A program made the translations under genes and the position numbers. Shown here one piece after another: positions 24,650-38,522 of a stretch of DNA of 64,000 bases. Positions within the stretch are counted from its first letter, which is position 1. Every line of letters starts with the position of its first letter. The DNA comes from Girardia tigrina (Eukaryota), in contig MQRK01218062.1 of the NCBI GenBank assembly GCA_001938485.1, forward strand, positions 6,643 through 70,642, in the 5' to 3' direction. The notes below the pieces were generated by a model. The model did no database searches. It was not told the DNA's origin and saw nothing but the letters and a program-made list of their open reading frames with translations.

Positions 24650-26360
24650 CAGTATTTCTTAGTCTAGGTTTGCTTTTAAAATATTTAATGATATTGTTGA
24701 AATTTTATTTTCCAAAAGAAAAAGTAAAACGTGAAAAATGGAAAAGGATTCCTGGACATTGAACATGTCATAATTTCATGGTTTCAATGATGCGAAGAAA
24801 TAGATAAACTTTTTTTCTATGATTTTTTTGTTATATTATGCGACAAACCAAATAATATCGGATAAATATCACGCCAACAGGTCTCTGGCTTCTATTGCCT
24901 ACCAAAGTCATCATACTGTAAAATAAAACTTTAAATTTTGTTTCACTATAAAATTATCTAGCCAATTATACAAATACATAGAGAATATATTGACACCACA
25001 TCAAAATGTTAATATAGCAATACTGAACAAATTTAAATTTATTTAATGTATTCTTTATGTATTCTACACTAATAAAATAATAATTTATAGAAATTTAATC
25101 AAGAATAATTTCATAATACTCTTCGTTATTGGTTTACTATTAAATGTTATATTTGCAGTTATTTCATCATCACATTTCAAGTCGAAACTATACAAAGAAA
25201 TTTTTTGTCTATCTTGATTCTATCATTATTCTGCAACTGAAAATGACCACAAAAAGGTGTAATCAAAATTATACAAAATTATTCTTTAAAAAACATTTCC
25301 ATAATGTGCAGGGTATCTAATAGTTCAACCTATCAATGAAAAATCAAAGCCCGGAACAAAATATGAAAAAGATGGATTTTGACTGAATTCTACATGAACA
25401 TTAAGGATATTTAAATGAAAGTTATAATAAGGATAAGATAAATAATAAGTGTTTCAAGAAAAATTGTTCGAATAATCGTGATTAAAAATAGAAATAAGAA
25501 AACCAATTAGAACGATGGCAAACGATGAAAGACTTTCTGAGAGTTGTAATGACTCTAAATGTGATTGTAATAAACATTCATATGAGACCTGTCTCAAATT
25601 TCTTAATAATAAGTATAATATAATATAATTTAATAATATAAAATGCTATAATAAGATTTAACAAAATATTATCGATTATAAGCTAGAGTAGCTCTTTAGT
25701 TTTTTTATTAATTAATTAAATTCTATTTATAATTATTTGATTAAAAATAAAACAATTTTTTTCTTTAATGATTTGTAAAAAAATATAATATAAAGCAAAT
25801 AGCGACTGTGATACGGCTCAGTTTAAAGCACCTTCAGAACCTTAACGTTGAAGCAGCCTTCACCAACCATATTTCAGTGCACATTTGGCATCAATTACTA
25901 ATCGATTAGAAACTGTGCCACGTCTGAATTAATTAATCATTTAAAAAATATGCACATTTTTTGCACTAGTGCAAACAGCAGTGGAAAGCAAATCGGTTGA
26001 TTTTTTTTATAACAAAATTTATTTTTCTTCTTATAAAATATTGCGAAAGGATAAAAAATTTTTTTTTCTTCTGATAAAATCAAATTGTCCGCGACATTCA
26101 AATGTTCATAAATGTGAACCTGTTTATCAGAGAGTATTGTTTAATTTTGTGTCAATATTGACTGTTTCTATCAGTCATTATCAGATCAAATCGTTATTAT
26201 GACTTTTGATCTTATTTGTAAAAAATGTCATGTTAGATTACATCATTCAAAGTTTATTAATAATAATTTGAACTTTATTAAAAATCAGTCGGTTAACTTG
26301 TTGGATAATAAATCACGGTGAGGTTTATTATAAAGTTTAAAAGCGGCCAAATAACATTTT

Positions 26361-26864
26361 TCAAGCATAATAAATAAATAAATAATAAATTATCGAAATG
26401 ATATACTGATCTTCTTTGCGAATGTTAAGAGAACTAACATTGATTATAACTTTTATTACAAATACAATTCGGATCATCTTTGGGACAATCTCTAGTAGAG
26501 TTTTCATTCGCAGACATCGTTCAGATAGATTCACATATCCTATATCCAATTAACTGACTCAATCTGGCACTTAAAGATTCTTTTCAAATATTCATTGGAA
26601 ATTTGAATGGGTTAAAATTAAAATTAAATATTTCCAAAAATATTAATTCGTTTTATTTATTTTAAAATTTAAAATAAAATAATTCAAAGAATTTTTTTGA
26701 ATTTTACAACGATATTAAATTTTAAATTTATTCTAACATTAAATCTTAATTTAAATTAAATTAGTATGAAAATATTAATCAGCCCTCTGAGTAGGAGAGA
26801 CACAATTCCGAATTGACACACAACATTCACACGCAAAACATCAAACATTATAACATCTATAACA
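26361..26864 (-). mobile_element. End of a TGT...ACA TIR element with Cys-rich ORF
   Basis: TIR 26770-26864 (ctctgagtaggagagacacaattcc...); inward MSANENSTRDCPKDDPNCICNKSYNQC from ~26517. Confidence 0.6.
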
Positions 26865-27999
26865 ATTCGATGAGCGAAGAGTTTTCTAACTGAAGCGGCC
26901 AAAAGTCTGAGCCTTGATTATCCAAACTTTCCGACGTTTATAGAATAATTATTTAAAAAGATAATCTTTAAACACAATCTTGTTTTATTGATTTAAACTA
27001 GAAAAATTATTATATAATGTAATCTTAATTTTCCTCATTTTAAAGAAACAAATTTATTTAAATCATTATTTTTCATAAAGACCTGAAATAAAATGTTCGT
27101 TAAATAGAAAAATAAATCTTTTCCTAAGCGATAACAAAAAATAATTTTGAAAATTCTATTCCAGGAAAAAATGTTTCTGTCTTGAGAGCAGTTTTTGGGA
27201 AATTTCATCATGTATAATGCAACAGCATAATGAATCTCTAAACCTTGTCTTCATATCCTTCACGAAACCTGTTATAAAGAATCAGCTTAATATCAATCTT
27301 TCCATTTCAGATTTAAATGATTGATAAATCACCCACATAGTGGCGTTGTGACGCATATTTTCATCCCTGGGTTCATCTCATTAATTTCTTAATATATTTA
27401 TCATTAAAATTAAGATAAAAACATATATATTATATAAAAACATATAATATTAATATTTATAAAAATGCAAAGTTGTTTATTTGCCTAAAATTGCCAAAAT
27501 TTTGTTTATATTAAAAAATTGTAAACGTTCATAATGAAATACATTTTTCAAAAGCGATTTGTTTTAATAATTCGTTAATTTCAAAGCCCAAATTCAAACC
27601 TTATAATTTTTTTAAATGTTGAAAAGTGCTCATCAATTCGTCAAAAAAATCGGTGTTCTGAAAATAAACAGCACTCACCTACGCATCATTTTTTATGTTT
27701 GTTTACCGGAATTTCTAATGATTAAATGACAAATCGATTAGGATTCAAAATGGGAATAAATCAATCGAGAATTTCTTCGCAACTTATGTGGAGATTCATC
27801 TGATTTTTTGAGAACCTGTCACTGGTTTCTGGTCGTCTACAACGATTACTGTGCGGTGGGGGCTTGACGTTTATAAATTTATACTTGGGTATAGTACCAA
27901 ACTATGACATTCTACATGAGATGCAAATTGCAAAAATTTTACTGACTAAAGATAAAAAATGTTCCCCGTAATTAAAAAATACTTTTGTTAAAAATCATA

Positions 28000-29100
28000 G
28001 AAATCGACAAACTAACATAGAAATTGCAATTTATTTTTATAAACCTTTCAGTTCATTCACATGCAAACGTCAATTGTTTATGCAATTTAAACGTTGTTGT
28101 GCAGAATAATTCTATAGTTCATCTTGTCAATGTCTTTGGCATTAATTTCTTGCATAATTTAATTTCACTTTTACAAATTTTTGATCTCTGAATTCCTTGT
28201 ATTCTGCTTGGCTTCTGGGACCAAAAAGTTTTCAAGGTCTTCATGGATAAAGTTGAAATTTATTGTTTATTCTAAATTTCTAAAATCACGTTCAGAGCAT
28301 TGCATGTCAGAAAACCATATATCAGACCAGTTTGATGCTATGAAGTCACAAATCAAACACAGTTGATTATTATTCGACTGAGTTAAAATATATGTTAGAG
28401 GGCATAGATTGCTCTTGAATTCCATCTGGCATTATGCAATGATGGCAGACTTTTGAAGCTTACAGCTGGATAGCTGCCATTCACCTTCATGTATCAGTAA
28501 CTTTGTTCCAAGTGCAAAAAGTCCATATAATCTGTCCATTTATTAGTCTTCACTTTATAATTTTTTTTCACCTTGCTTAAAGCCTGATTTTAATTTTTCA
28601 TAGTTTTTTTGCAGGTTTTCAATAAATTTGTAATGTATTTCTGGTGATGAGCTTTTTCTTCGTCTATAATTTCATTTATTGTATGTTTCAAAATTGTGTC
28701 TAGCACATGATGCTGACCATTAATCAATTAAAATGGTTCAAGATTTTTTCTTTGAAGTTGGCTCACAACTACATTTTTACTCCCAGTATTAACACTTGTG
28801 GTATCAGATATCATAACTTTAATACTACTCCATAGTTGAAATTTATTTAGCACTTCAACTATTCCAATGTAAATACTACTAGCTTTTCCATTGCCAAGTT
28901 TTAAAATGGCTAGCTTGAACTCCTTTTCTGCATTTTTTAAAATCAAGACTTGATACTCATTTCCGGATATTCTTTTACCGTTAAAATGTAACACCAAATC
29001 ATCATTTTTAAATGATTAATCAAGTGCCTTTCCATTTTTTAACCTTCTGACATTGTAGCTCTATAAACCCCAGATTCAGATGGTGTTTGCATATTAACAC
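28000..29100 (-). mobile_element. hAT-superfamily (hATm-like) transposase remnant
   Basis: LHFNGK...SDTTSVNTG...HHVLD...LPSLHNARWNSRAIY motifs; stops and frameshifts. Confidence 0.65.
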
Positions 29101-31159
29101 CGCATTTATCGACTTTGTTGAATTCATTCGATATATTGAAACTCAAGACGAAGTATTAAATCTCTATTTCGTGAGACAGAATTAAACATGAATAAAGTGA
29201 TTAGAATTGATAATATCAAGGCAGTATTCCACCGTTTAAATATTTCTTTAACAAACTAGAAACTGAGAAATTGGTTTGCTGGGTTGATAGAGACGCTGAT
29301 TCCTTCAAAAAGATCGATCACTATTGGCACCACGAATAGGATCGCTTTCACACTGAGTCCTGTAGGACAGTAAATCGTCTCATTAAAAATTCTCTTCAAG
29401 GGAGGTGCATCTCGGGGACCAGGTACGCTCGAATTTTCCCTCTAGAAATCAATAAAAGCAAAATCTTTTTTACAAATATTTTTCTACAATTGATTTTTTC
29501 CCTTCTTTTTGTCATTATCATTCAATAAGTGTCCTTTAATTGTACCACTTGACTTTGTACCAATATTTGACAAAGAATTCAGTTAACAAATGAAGGTATA
29601 ATATTTACCTATTCCAAATTTTAATTATTTCTTTTCAACTGTACGAATTACTTTTAATTTTCTCCAGATTGTTTTCTGTATTCCCTGGTATGCTCGCAAT
29701 CCTTGTCCTACAACTTCAAGACTTTCTATTCCTTGATCTCTTTAACATTGACAATGATTTGATGCTCGATCGACTTTTTTACATGGACTGGATTCTCTAT
29801 CTTTCCAAATAATATTAAAATTACCACTGCACGTTATGTTATTTTAAAAAGATATAATTGATTTTTAATTATCTTTTTGCTATAATTTAGCATTTAAATA
29901 AAGATTTAAAATTTCATTTTTAAAAAAAATACCCTTTTAAATTTTGTCCGGGTTTTTGAGAACTTGATAACCATTCGATGTTTCTTTATTTGGTATTTTA
30001 CTGTTATATAAAATAATATATAATCAAATAATTAGTCAAATAATACTTTATTATTATGCACCTATAAAAAAAGACGAAAATATAATTCATTTGAATTCAA
30101 ACCGGATAATTAAAACATAAGTTGTTTGAAAGATAATCTTGCCAATTTGGTGAACATAATACATCCATTCACAAAATAATAATAATAAATTTTCAACAAA
30201 AATTTAATTTGATACTGAAGTTAATTTAAATTGGTACCAAAAATGTAATCAAATCACCGAACATTATCACTGTATTAATAAAACATTATTGTAGAGAGTC
30301 GAGAGATGAAAGTCATTAAAGAATGTCTGAAAATGATACCTAAATGAAGCATTTTTTAAAAAAGATAAGGGGTTGTTTTTTGGTAAGGCAGATCAGCATC
30401 ATCATCATGTCTACCTTAAAGGGTTTGAAGAATTAAAAAAGAAAAAGAATAATACAACATCATTTAATGGATTATTCTAATTAAAAACTTTTTTAAAATC
30501 ATAATAATAAATAAATAATTATAAATATTTTGGAAATTTTAATTATTTTACTAAAAACAAATAAAAAAATATTTTATAATTTAAAAAAATTTTTGATCAA
30601 TAAATTCCCTCAACAAAAATGAAATTCATTTCAAAATTACAATAAAAAGATTTTTAAAATGATAAATTAATAAAATATTCAATTTCATGTTTTTTCAAGA
30701 TTAAAAAAATAAATTCAGTTTAATATAGGGTGTCCAATATATTATTTCGTTTTTTCATTAATAACGGTGTTGCGCAATTCGATCGCAAAAGTTAATGTAC
30801 GATCACCACATGTTTGATTTTCAAATTTTTGGATTAATATTTAGACAAAATGTTTTTTACATGCATACTATTAAAAAGAAAATGTTATGCTGGAACTACA
30901 TACATTAATTAAGCATTAAAACGAAAACAAAAATTTCTTTATTATATGTAGGCACGAAAAAAATTTTCAAATATTTTAGAAATTTCTGGTAAAAATAGAC
31001 ATTCTATATAGACATTGGAATTTACTAATATTATAATTTAATTTGTATTATCGTGTGACCACTTTTATATTGTCCGCGACCACACTTTTGATCGCAAATC
31101 CCTGTGTGAGAATAGCTGCTCTAAATAACACAATTAATCAACAAGGCTGCAATCATTAG

Positions 31160-31593
31160 TGTGAGGGATAATTTGGAATGTTGTAAGTTTGTTGTTTGTA
31201 TGCTGTTTAGATTTGTGACTCTCCTACTCAGATGGGATTGATATGTTTATTGATTGATTATTTGAATCTAATGAANNNNNNNNNNNNNNNNNNNNNNNNN
31301 NNNNNNNNNNNNNNNNNNNNNNNNNAATTTTAATAATATTTTCAGTAAATGATTTTAACTTATTAAATGTAATATATTTTAAAAATTAATGTTTATTTAA
31401 AAAATTATGTAATGACTTTTATCCAATAAAAATTATGAGAAATTTAAATTTATTATTAAACTTTCCCATTCATTGATTTTTTAGATTTGAATATATAAAC
31501 AAAAAACTATATCAATCCCATCTGAGTAGGAGAGTCACAAATCTAAACAGCATACAAACAACAAACTTACAACATTCCAAATTATCCCTCACA
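31160..31593. mobile_element. Complete non-autonomous TGT...ACA element (MITE, Ginger2/TDD-like)
   Basis: Perfect ~85-bp TIRs TGTGAGGGATAATTTGG.../...CCAAATTATCCCTCACA; 5-bp TSD ATTAG on both sides. Confidence 0.9.
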
Positions 31594-32780
31594 ATTAGTA
31601 TTTGAATTTTTGTTTAAACTTATTAGTAATAAGTTATTACAATTTATTAAATTAAAATTTAAATTGGTTTTACAGGGAAAATTATTGGAATTCTGTAGAA
31701 AATTGTTTTTGCGCAAATGAAATGAGTGTTGATTAATGAGTTTAAACTGTTATACGGGTATTAAGATATATGATATATTAAAAACTGCTGGATATAGTGA
31801 AAGTATTAGTCTACGAAGAGTAGAGCTATTGTCCAAGGAGTTCAAAAGTAGTTGCTAGTCATTTATTAATTACTCATAAAAGCTTTTGGACATAAATTTT
31901 GTCTCAAAGTTATTAATACAGTCAATTGCTGTATATACGTTTTTTCCTTCTGTTTGTGAATAAAAGAAAAAGGGATGTTTGTATATGATTATACTTAATT
32001 CTGTGAATTATATTTGATTAACGAAATGAACGAGGTACTGCTTTATATGTATTATTAGCATAAAATTGTTCACATTCAGATAAAATATTCCAATTTTTGA
32101 TGTTGAAAAAGGTAGAATACGGTTATTTGAATGAACTTTGTCTGATAATAAAATGAGTGATTGTTAAATGTTATATTGTACGGAACATTGATTCTCAATT
32201 CACTCAAAGGTAGTGGAGTTGCGGCAAATTGCAGTGTTCGATAAACATTATGATCCACGATATTTTTGTTCGCAACATTTTGACGAGCTACTTGTTTTGT
32301 ATATACAATTTTACTTCTATTTCCTTTTCTTTAATTTCCAGAACCTCGTCGTTTTTACCCGAAGAAACGTGAAAACTATTCACAATGGTTGAAATAATAA
32401 CCTCTTCCCAGAAGAAAATCTATTCATAAATAGTATTACAAATGGAATATAAGTTATTATATTTTATTTATTACAGAAAAATATTAATAGCCCAGCAAAT
32501 ACGTTCAGCAACTTTTATGCAGGACATAGTCGTATCTTAGAATGTTGTATAAGTATTGGATACGAGTGATACGATGAATGTAATACCGAAATAATGACTT
32601 TTCCAAAGGTTTATTCAAAGTTAGATAGTATTTTAAAGTTTTTAAAATTTTTCTTATTGGAAAAATTTAATTTGAAAAAAATCCATTTAGCTGTGCTTAA
32701 AAAAGATGAATCATGGCCTTAAACGTTTTTACAGATTATTTTTTTAACTGGATTTTGCAAACTTAAGAATTTGATTAATA

Positions 32781-34067
32781 TTGGGTTGGCCAAAAAGTCA
32801 TTGCGTTTTTGAGTACGTCCTAATAAAAAGCTTGAAAATATAAAACGATGTGATAAACTTTAAATTCAATTATATATCCTGAAACCTTAATTTTCAGACT
32901 ATATTTATAAAAAATATTAATTAATTTTGTTTTAATTTATTACTTTACTGTCAATTACAAATGGAAAATCAAAATGAGCATATTCGTCATGTTTTGTTGC
33001 ATTATTTTCACAAAGGGAAAACCGCTGTGCAAGCTCATAAGAAGATATGTTTTGTATATGGTAGTGACTCCTTAAAACTTCGACAGTGTCAANACTGGTT
33101 TTCTAAATTTCGTTCTGAAAAATTTCATCTGAAAGATGCACCACGCTCCGGTCGACCAGTTGAAGTTGATGGCGACAAAATAACAGCACTGATCAAATCT
33201 AATCCACATATGACGATAAGAGAAGTTGCAGAGACTCTGGAAATATCAAAATCAAGTGTTAAAAGTCATTTAAAAAAACTTGGATTCGTCAGTAAACTCG
33301 ATATATGGTTACCACATGAACTAAAAGAAATTCATATGGTGAAACGTATAGACATTTGTGATTCCCCTTTGAAGCGAGAACAAAGTGATCCATTTTTGAA
33401 GCGCTTGATAACGGGTGACGAAAAATGGATTGTTTACAACAATGTGGAACGCCGACGATCATGGGCAAAACGTGGTGAGCCTGCCAAAACGATCCCAAAA
33501 GCAGAAATTCACCACACCAAAAGAAGGTTATGCTTTCCGTCTGGTGGGATTTTAAAGGAATTGTGTTTTTTGAACTTCTTCCGAGGTATAAAACCATCAA
33601 TTCAGGCAGATATTGTGATCAGCTGGAGAAATTGGCTCATTCAATTCAACAGGAACGTCCTGAATTGGCAAATCGAAAAGAAGTTGTAATTCAGCAGGAT
33701 AACGCAAGACCACATACACGTTTGACCACTCACCAGAAACTCTTATCACTGGGTTGGGAGGTTTTGCCGCACCCACCGTATTCTCCAGACTTGGCCCCAT
33801 CGGATTTTCACTTATTTAGATCACTGCAGAATTCCTTAAACAGAAAAACATTCACCAGTAATGATGACTTCAAATCGTTCCTAGACGGCTTTTTTGCTGA
33901 CAAAGACAAAGGTTTTTATGAATCAGGAATAATGAAGCTACCGGAAAGGTGGAAGAAAGTGATTGAAAATAATGGACAGTATATTGTGTAAAAATATTTG
34001 TGCATCCATGTCATTTTTTGATAATAAATATTTTAATAAAAACGCAATGACTTTTAGGCCAACCCAA
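32781..34067 (+). mobile_element. Full-length mariner (DD34D) with a frameshifted transposase
   Basis: TIRs TTGGGTTGGCC.AAAAGTCATTGCGTTTT, TA TSD; ORFs 32961-33689 and 33530-33991 with WLPHEL, TGDEKW, QDNARPH and YSPDLAPSD; frameshift near 33515. Confidence 0.97.
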
Positions 34068-35534
34068 TAATTTATGAAAACCAACAAATATATTTTCTTT
34101 TGTCACATGTTATTTCAATCTTAATTATAATAATTTAATTTTTAATGTTAGAAGCGACAATCAACTCCGTACAAAGAAAGAAAAAAACATGCAAAATAAT
34201 ACCAAAAATAACAATATAAATAATGAAACAATAAATATTCAAATAAAATGTGCACTGAGTAACATAAGAAAAGAATATTTACTTTATTTTTGCTTGATTT
34301 CTTCTTTAAATATTGCAATTACTTATTAATGTTCCGCCCGATCACCAGGTCGCTCCGAAGACCGGACAGTGGTAGTGCTAGTGTGGAAGTATCGGAATTG
34401 AAGCTCGAGGATTTCGTGTTCGTACGTGGTCAATTTTAAATATTCAGACTGATCGTCACTTTTTTATTATTATAATTTTGAACTTATCAATAATTTTCAA
34501 AGTCGTAGAAATCAAATATAATTATCAAAATATCTCGAAAAAATTTCACGAATTTCTGAAAACGGTTTCAATGTTTCCAGTTGCTCAAAGTATCTATTGA
34601 ACATACTTTTCATAAAGAACCATATCGATGAGAATTAAAAATTATGTCATGCAAATCCAAATCAAAAACATTATTTTAAAAATAAATTTCATTTAAAAAT
34701 TGGAATAAGAAAATTCTAATTTTCGGCCTAGACAAAAGATGGGGTCACTGGTACTACAACAAAAATGTTCATAAATAATTATATCCAACTAAAATCAATC
34801 TTTAGCTCGCTGCTTCATTTAGTTTGTGTCAGTCAGTCATTGAAAGAAAACAACTTTTGCATTTCTACAAACATGAATCAAACTTAATCTTGTGCAGCGA
34901 ATAGATATTTGTTTTCGAAAAATAAAACAAACGATGAGATAAATATCAAATCGAATGATCTTGATGAGAATTGTATGCCTTCTTTATCATCATTAAAATA
35001 TTAGATAACTTAGTTTAATCACAGTCGTATGAGCATTTTTGATGATGATAATCCACACCGTCAAAATAAGGTAACCACTCAGAAATACTTCATATAATTT
35101 ATGAATTGCTAATTGATAATAGACGAATGACTTTACTTAAAACAGCTGAGGCAATTTAAACCAAATCACTTCTTTACATTTTGCTTAGATATTTGTGAAT
35201 GCCAAAGCTCCGACCAGATGGGGTTAAACTTATTCTATCGACAACAAACGATATCGTCTTATCGTTTTGAAAGAGTGTTTGCAATCATTATACGCGGACA
35301 TAATACTGCTTTATTTTAAAATACCAGAGACAATGGAGTTGTCGAAACAGTGAACAACTCCTTACAAATAGAACCCAAAGAAAAAGATGTATTTCTTGTC
35401 CAACAAGATCATTGCCAGATATTGTTGTATAAACAGTAAACTTCACACCGATTACTTGAAAAAAAGAAAATCGAAAACTATTTATTATTATTAGATTATT
35501 CAAAAAGGATAAATTTTTATTAAGTATCGTTGTA

Positions 35535-36756
35535 AGGTGTGTCCATTAAAAAAGTGCACAAGTTTTAAAACCATCATAACTTTTTAATTAGATCTTCAAA
35601 TTGACGGAAATCTGAACAAAGACTAGATCATAATAACATAATAACTATTTTATTATATCAAACTATTAAGGCCATAAGAGTTAGCAAGCATTATTCTTGT
35701 CTAAAATTTGCAAATAATGTCCTAAAATATAAATTGTTAAACTGCTTTGCTTTAGTTTTGATTCTGCGAATCAACTGGTCTTCAGAATCGGCAGTCCAAC
35801 CCTTTTCATAAACCTTCTTTAAATGAGCCCAAAACTTTTATATGGGCGTATTTTGGGAGCACAAGGTAGATTCGAATCTTTTTTGAGAAATGGAATTTTG
35901 TTGTCCTCTAAGCACTTCAGACTTGTTTTGGCGTTGTGACAAGAAGCATGATCTGTCCAGAAGATGAAGTGATCAGCTGGGTATTTCTCATTCAGATAAG
36001 GAAGCAAACGCTTCGTTAAGCACTCGGAGATATAAATATCCAAATTAGAAGATACAGATTTCCATTTCCTGATGTACAGGTTTGAAATGCCTCGTCTGGA
36101 AACAGTTGCCAAAACCAAAACTTTTACTGTGAATTTCTCTCGAAATTTAAGGCGGATATTATCAGGTACATCACTGAACTTCTTTTGGTCCACATAATAA
36201 CCCGATGTCATTGCTCCGGTGAGTGTAAAATATGACTCATCATCAAGGACAAAGTCGGTTTTGGTCTTTTCCACAACAATTTTAGCGAGATTTTGCAACC
36301 TGGCTTTCTGGCGAATAATCTGTGTCGGAGTAACCTTTGGGGCTTCTTTCCTCTTTAGAAACACTATGTTATTAGTCTTGAGCATCTTATGCACGTAAGA
36401 CTTTGAAACATTCATTTCTCTACCTAACTTTCTCACACTTTGTCCAACAGTCAAAGTTGCACGCTGCAGAAGTCTCTTCCTTTCGTCTGGCGTCATTTTA
36501 ACAGGTTTCCTTCCACTTCCTACTTTTCTTTCAATACTGCCGGTCTTCTCATAGCGTTGTATTATTGCATATATACCTCTTCTGGAAAAATGAATGCCAG
36601 TAAACTTTGTCACAGTCTCACTTTTACTGTGCGTTTTGCAAAAATTGATTATATCTTCATGTGGTTTTAAAATCATTATAATTGTCTCTAAAATAAAACA
36701 TATTAAACCAAAAATTTTAAATACCTGCTTTACTATTTCTAACCTATTAAAACAAA
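35535..36756 (-). mobile_element. Tc1-like DD37E (ITmD37E/TRT-type) transposon, copy 1, lacking 5' TIR
   Basis: ORF 35819-36676 FVLDDESYF...FWTDHASCH...PCAPKIRP; 37 residues from the second D to E (IEKFW in copy 2); TA + AGGTGTGTCCA terminus. Confidence 0.9.
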
Positions 36757-36859
36757 AATTTGTTTCTTAGCAATCTAAATCAAGATTGTAACGGATATTC
36801 AATGCTACAATATTTTGCGTAAATAATAATTTGGGCTGGAAAGGGTTAATGCAATTCTA

Positions 36860-36916
36860 AAACCACACACACACGCAGCACCAAAGTAAATAACAACATT
36901 CAAAATATTCCTCACA
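36860..36916. repeat. Isolated TIR fragment of the TGT...ACA family
   Basis: aacattcaaaatattcctcaca is identical to the end at 9943-9964. Confidence 0.6.
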
Positions 36917-38108
36917 ATAATAATAGCAAAAATTCAAACAGTATTAATATTAATGATAATAAATCTATGTATTCCATACTTAATAAGTTATATATTATAT
37001 AAATATGCTAATTGATAGCTTGATATCATAATTATAAAACTATGACATCTTCTCATTAACCAAACTTAAACGTATACATCGTAAAAAATTAATATTAAAT
37101 ATTGATAATAACAGAGGTCCATTGGTGGTTGTATGCCACCGTTTATATTTGCATTAATTCCAGTGTCTTAGAGGTCTAATAAAATATAAAACTATGATGA
37201 TATACTGTAGAGGTGTATATGAGCTTTTGTGTAAAATGAGCTCAGTAAAACAAAAAAACAACAACTCATACACCACTATGTAATCATAATACTTATTGAT
37301 TTGACAAAGCTGCGCATTAGTTCTGATGATCAGTTTTTAGATTTTAAGACAAATTTGATCGTGTTTCCTGAGGGGTAAATAGATTTATATTGTGTATTAA
37401 TATTTTTTGTATCAATGTGTCAATTATTTATGCGCGTCAGTGATGTTTTGATATGTTGATACATTTTACTCACACGATTTTCGGGTTATCAAATCAACTT
37501 TATTTTCAGAAGTATGAAACGTCCTGGAAGACTTTTATTCAAGTTGATATGACTCCAAACTTTCTTCTGAGCCTCTTTTCGCTTTTCATTATCATCTATT
37601 ATTATCATATGTTTGCTGAATCAAGTATATCACTGTCGATTAACTTAGAAACAACTATTCTTCCAAAAGTGAATTGTTAGTGATTTTTTATTGTATTATT
37701 ATATAATTGTTTATTAATAATATTAATATTATGAAAAAAATTGAATATTGGATTTTTTTTACATCTTGTAGTAGAATCTTGATTTTAATTAAGAAATATA
37801 AATAAATAATATTTCAATATTATATTTCTGAAACGTGTTGATTTTCAATCGACGAAAAAACTATTTTGTATTAAATATTGAATGATATGGAAAGTTCTTT
37901 TGGTTTTCATTACCAAATAAGATCAAGCATTTTCAACGTAGGATGAGCCGTTATTTGAATTTGAAGTTACAAAAGAGATTCCATTTAAAAAGACTCTTAG
38001 CATGGTTTACATGGGTCATTTCAATGGACGTTAAAACAAGTTAATCTATCTAAATGATTAGATTTCAGGTCTAACAAAAGAAATTCGTTCTAATGTTTAC
38101 TGAAAAAA

Positions 38109-38522
38109 AGTTAACCTTGGATATACTACTCCAACCACAACGTAACCCTTTCAGGATCCTATTTTAGTTTCACCTATTCCTTTTGAAATGACTCATCGTA
38201 TGGTTTACTATAATATTCCTCGCAAAAATCTATGAAAGATGCTTTAATATGAACACAGAAAATTATGGAAGTTTACCTTGGATATACCACTTCAACCAAA
38301 TCATTAACCTTTCAGGGCTCTATCTGAGTTTCACTTATTCTTTTTGAAAATACTAATGGTATGTTTTACAATCATATTCAACAAAAAAACATAAAAAAGA
38401 GGCTTTAATATGGTTTCACATGCCTTTGCTCACTCGACCAAAATTATTGAAGTTTACCTTGGATATACTACTCCAACCACCATATAACCCTTTCAGTGCC
38501 CTATCCGAGTTTCCCCTATTTC
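38109..38522 (+). repeat. Tandem repeat, ~2.4 diverged units of 160-180 bp
   Basis: agtt(a/t)accttggatatac(t/c)act(c/t)caacca...aacc(c)tttcag recurs at ~38109, ~38270 and ~38450. Confidence 0.85.

Noticed and set aside
34360-34430. tRNA or tRNA-derived SINE (A/B-box-like words)
   Set aside because: No cloverleaf, weak boxes, single copy
37322-37370. CTGATGA hammerhead-like starts (also 3203, 858, 1282)
   Set aside because: No properly placed stem II plus GAAA
38109-38522. CRISPR-like array
   Set aside because: Eukaryotic context, the inter-repeat sequences are themselves homologous, and there are no cas genes
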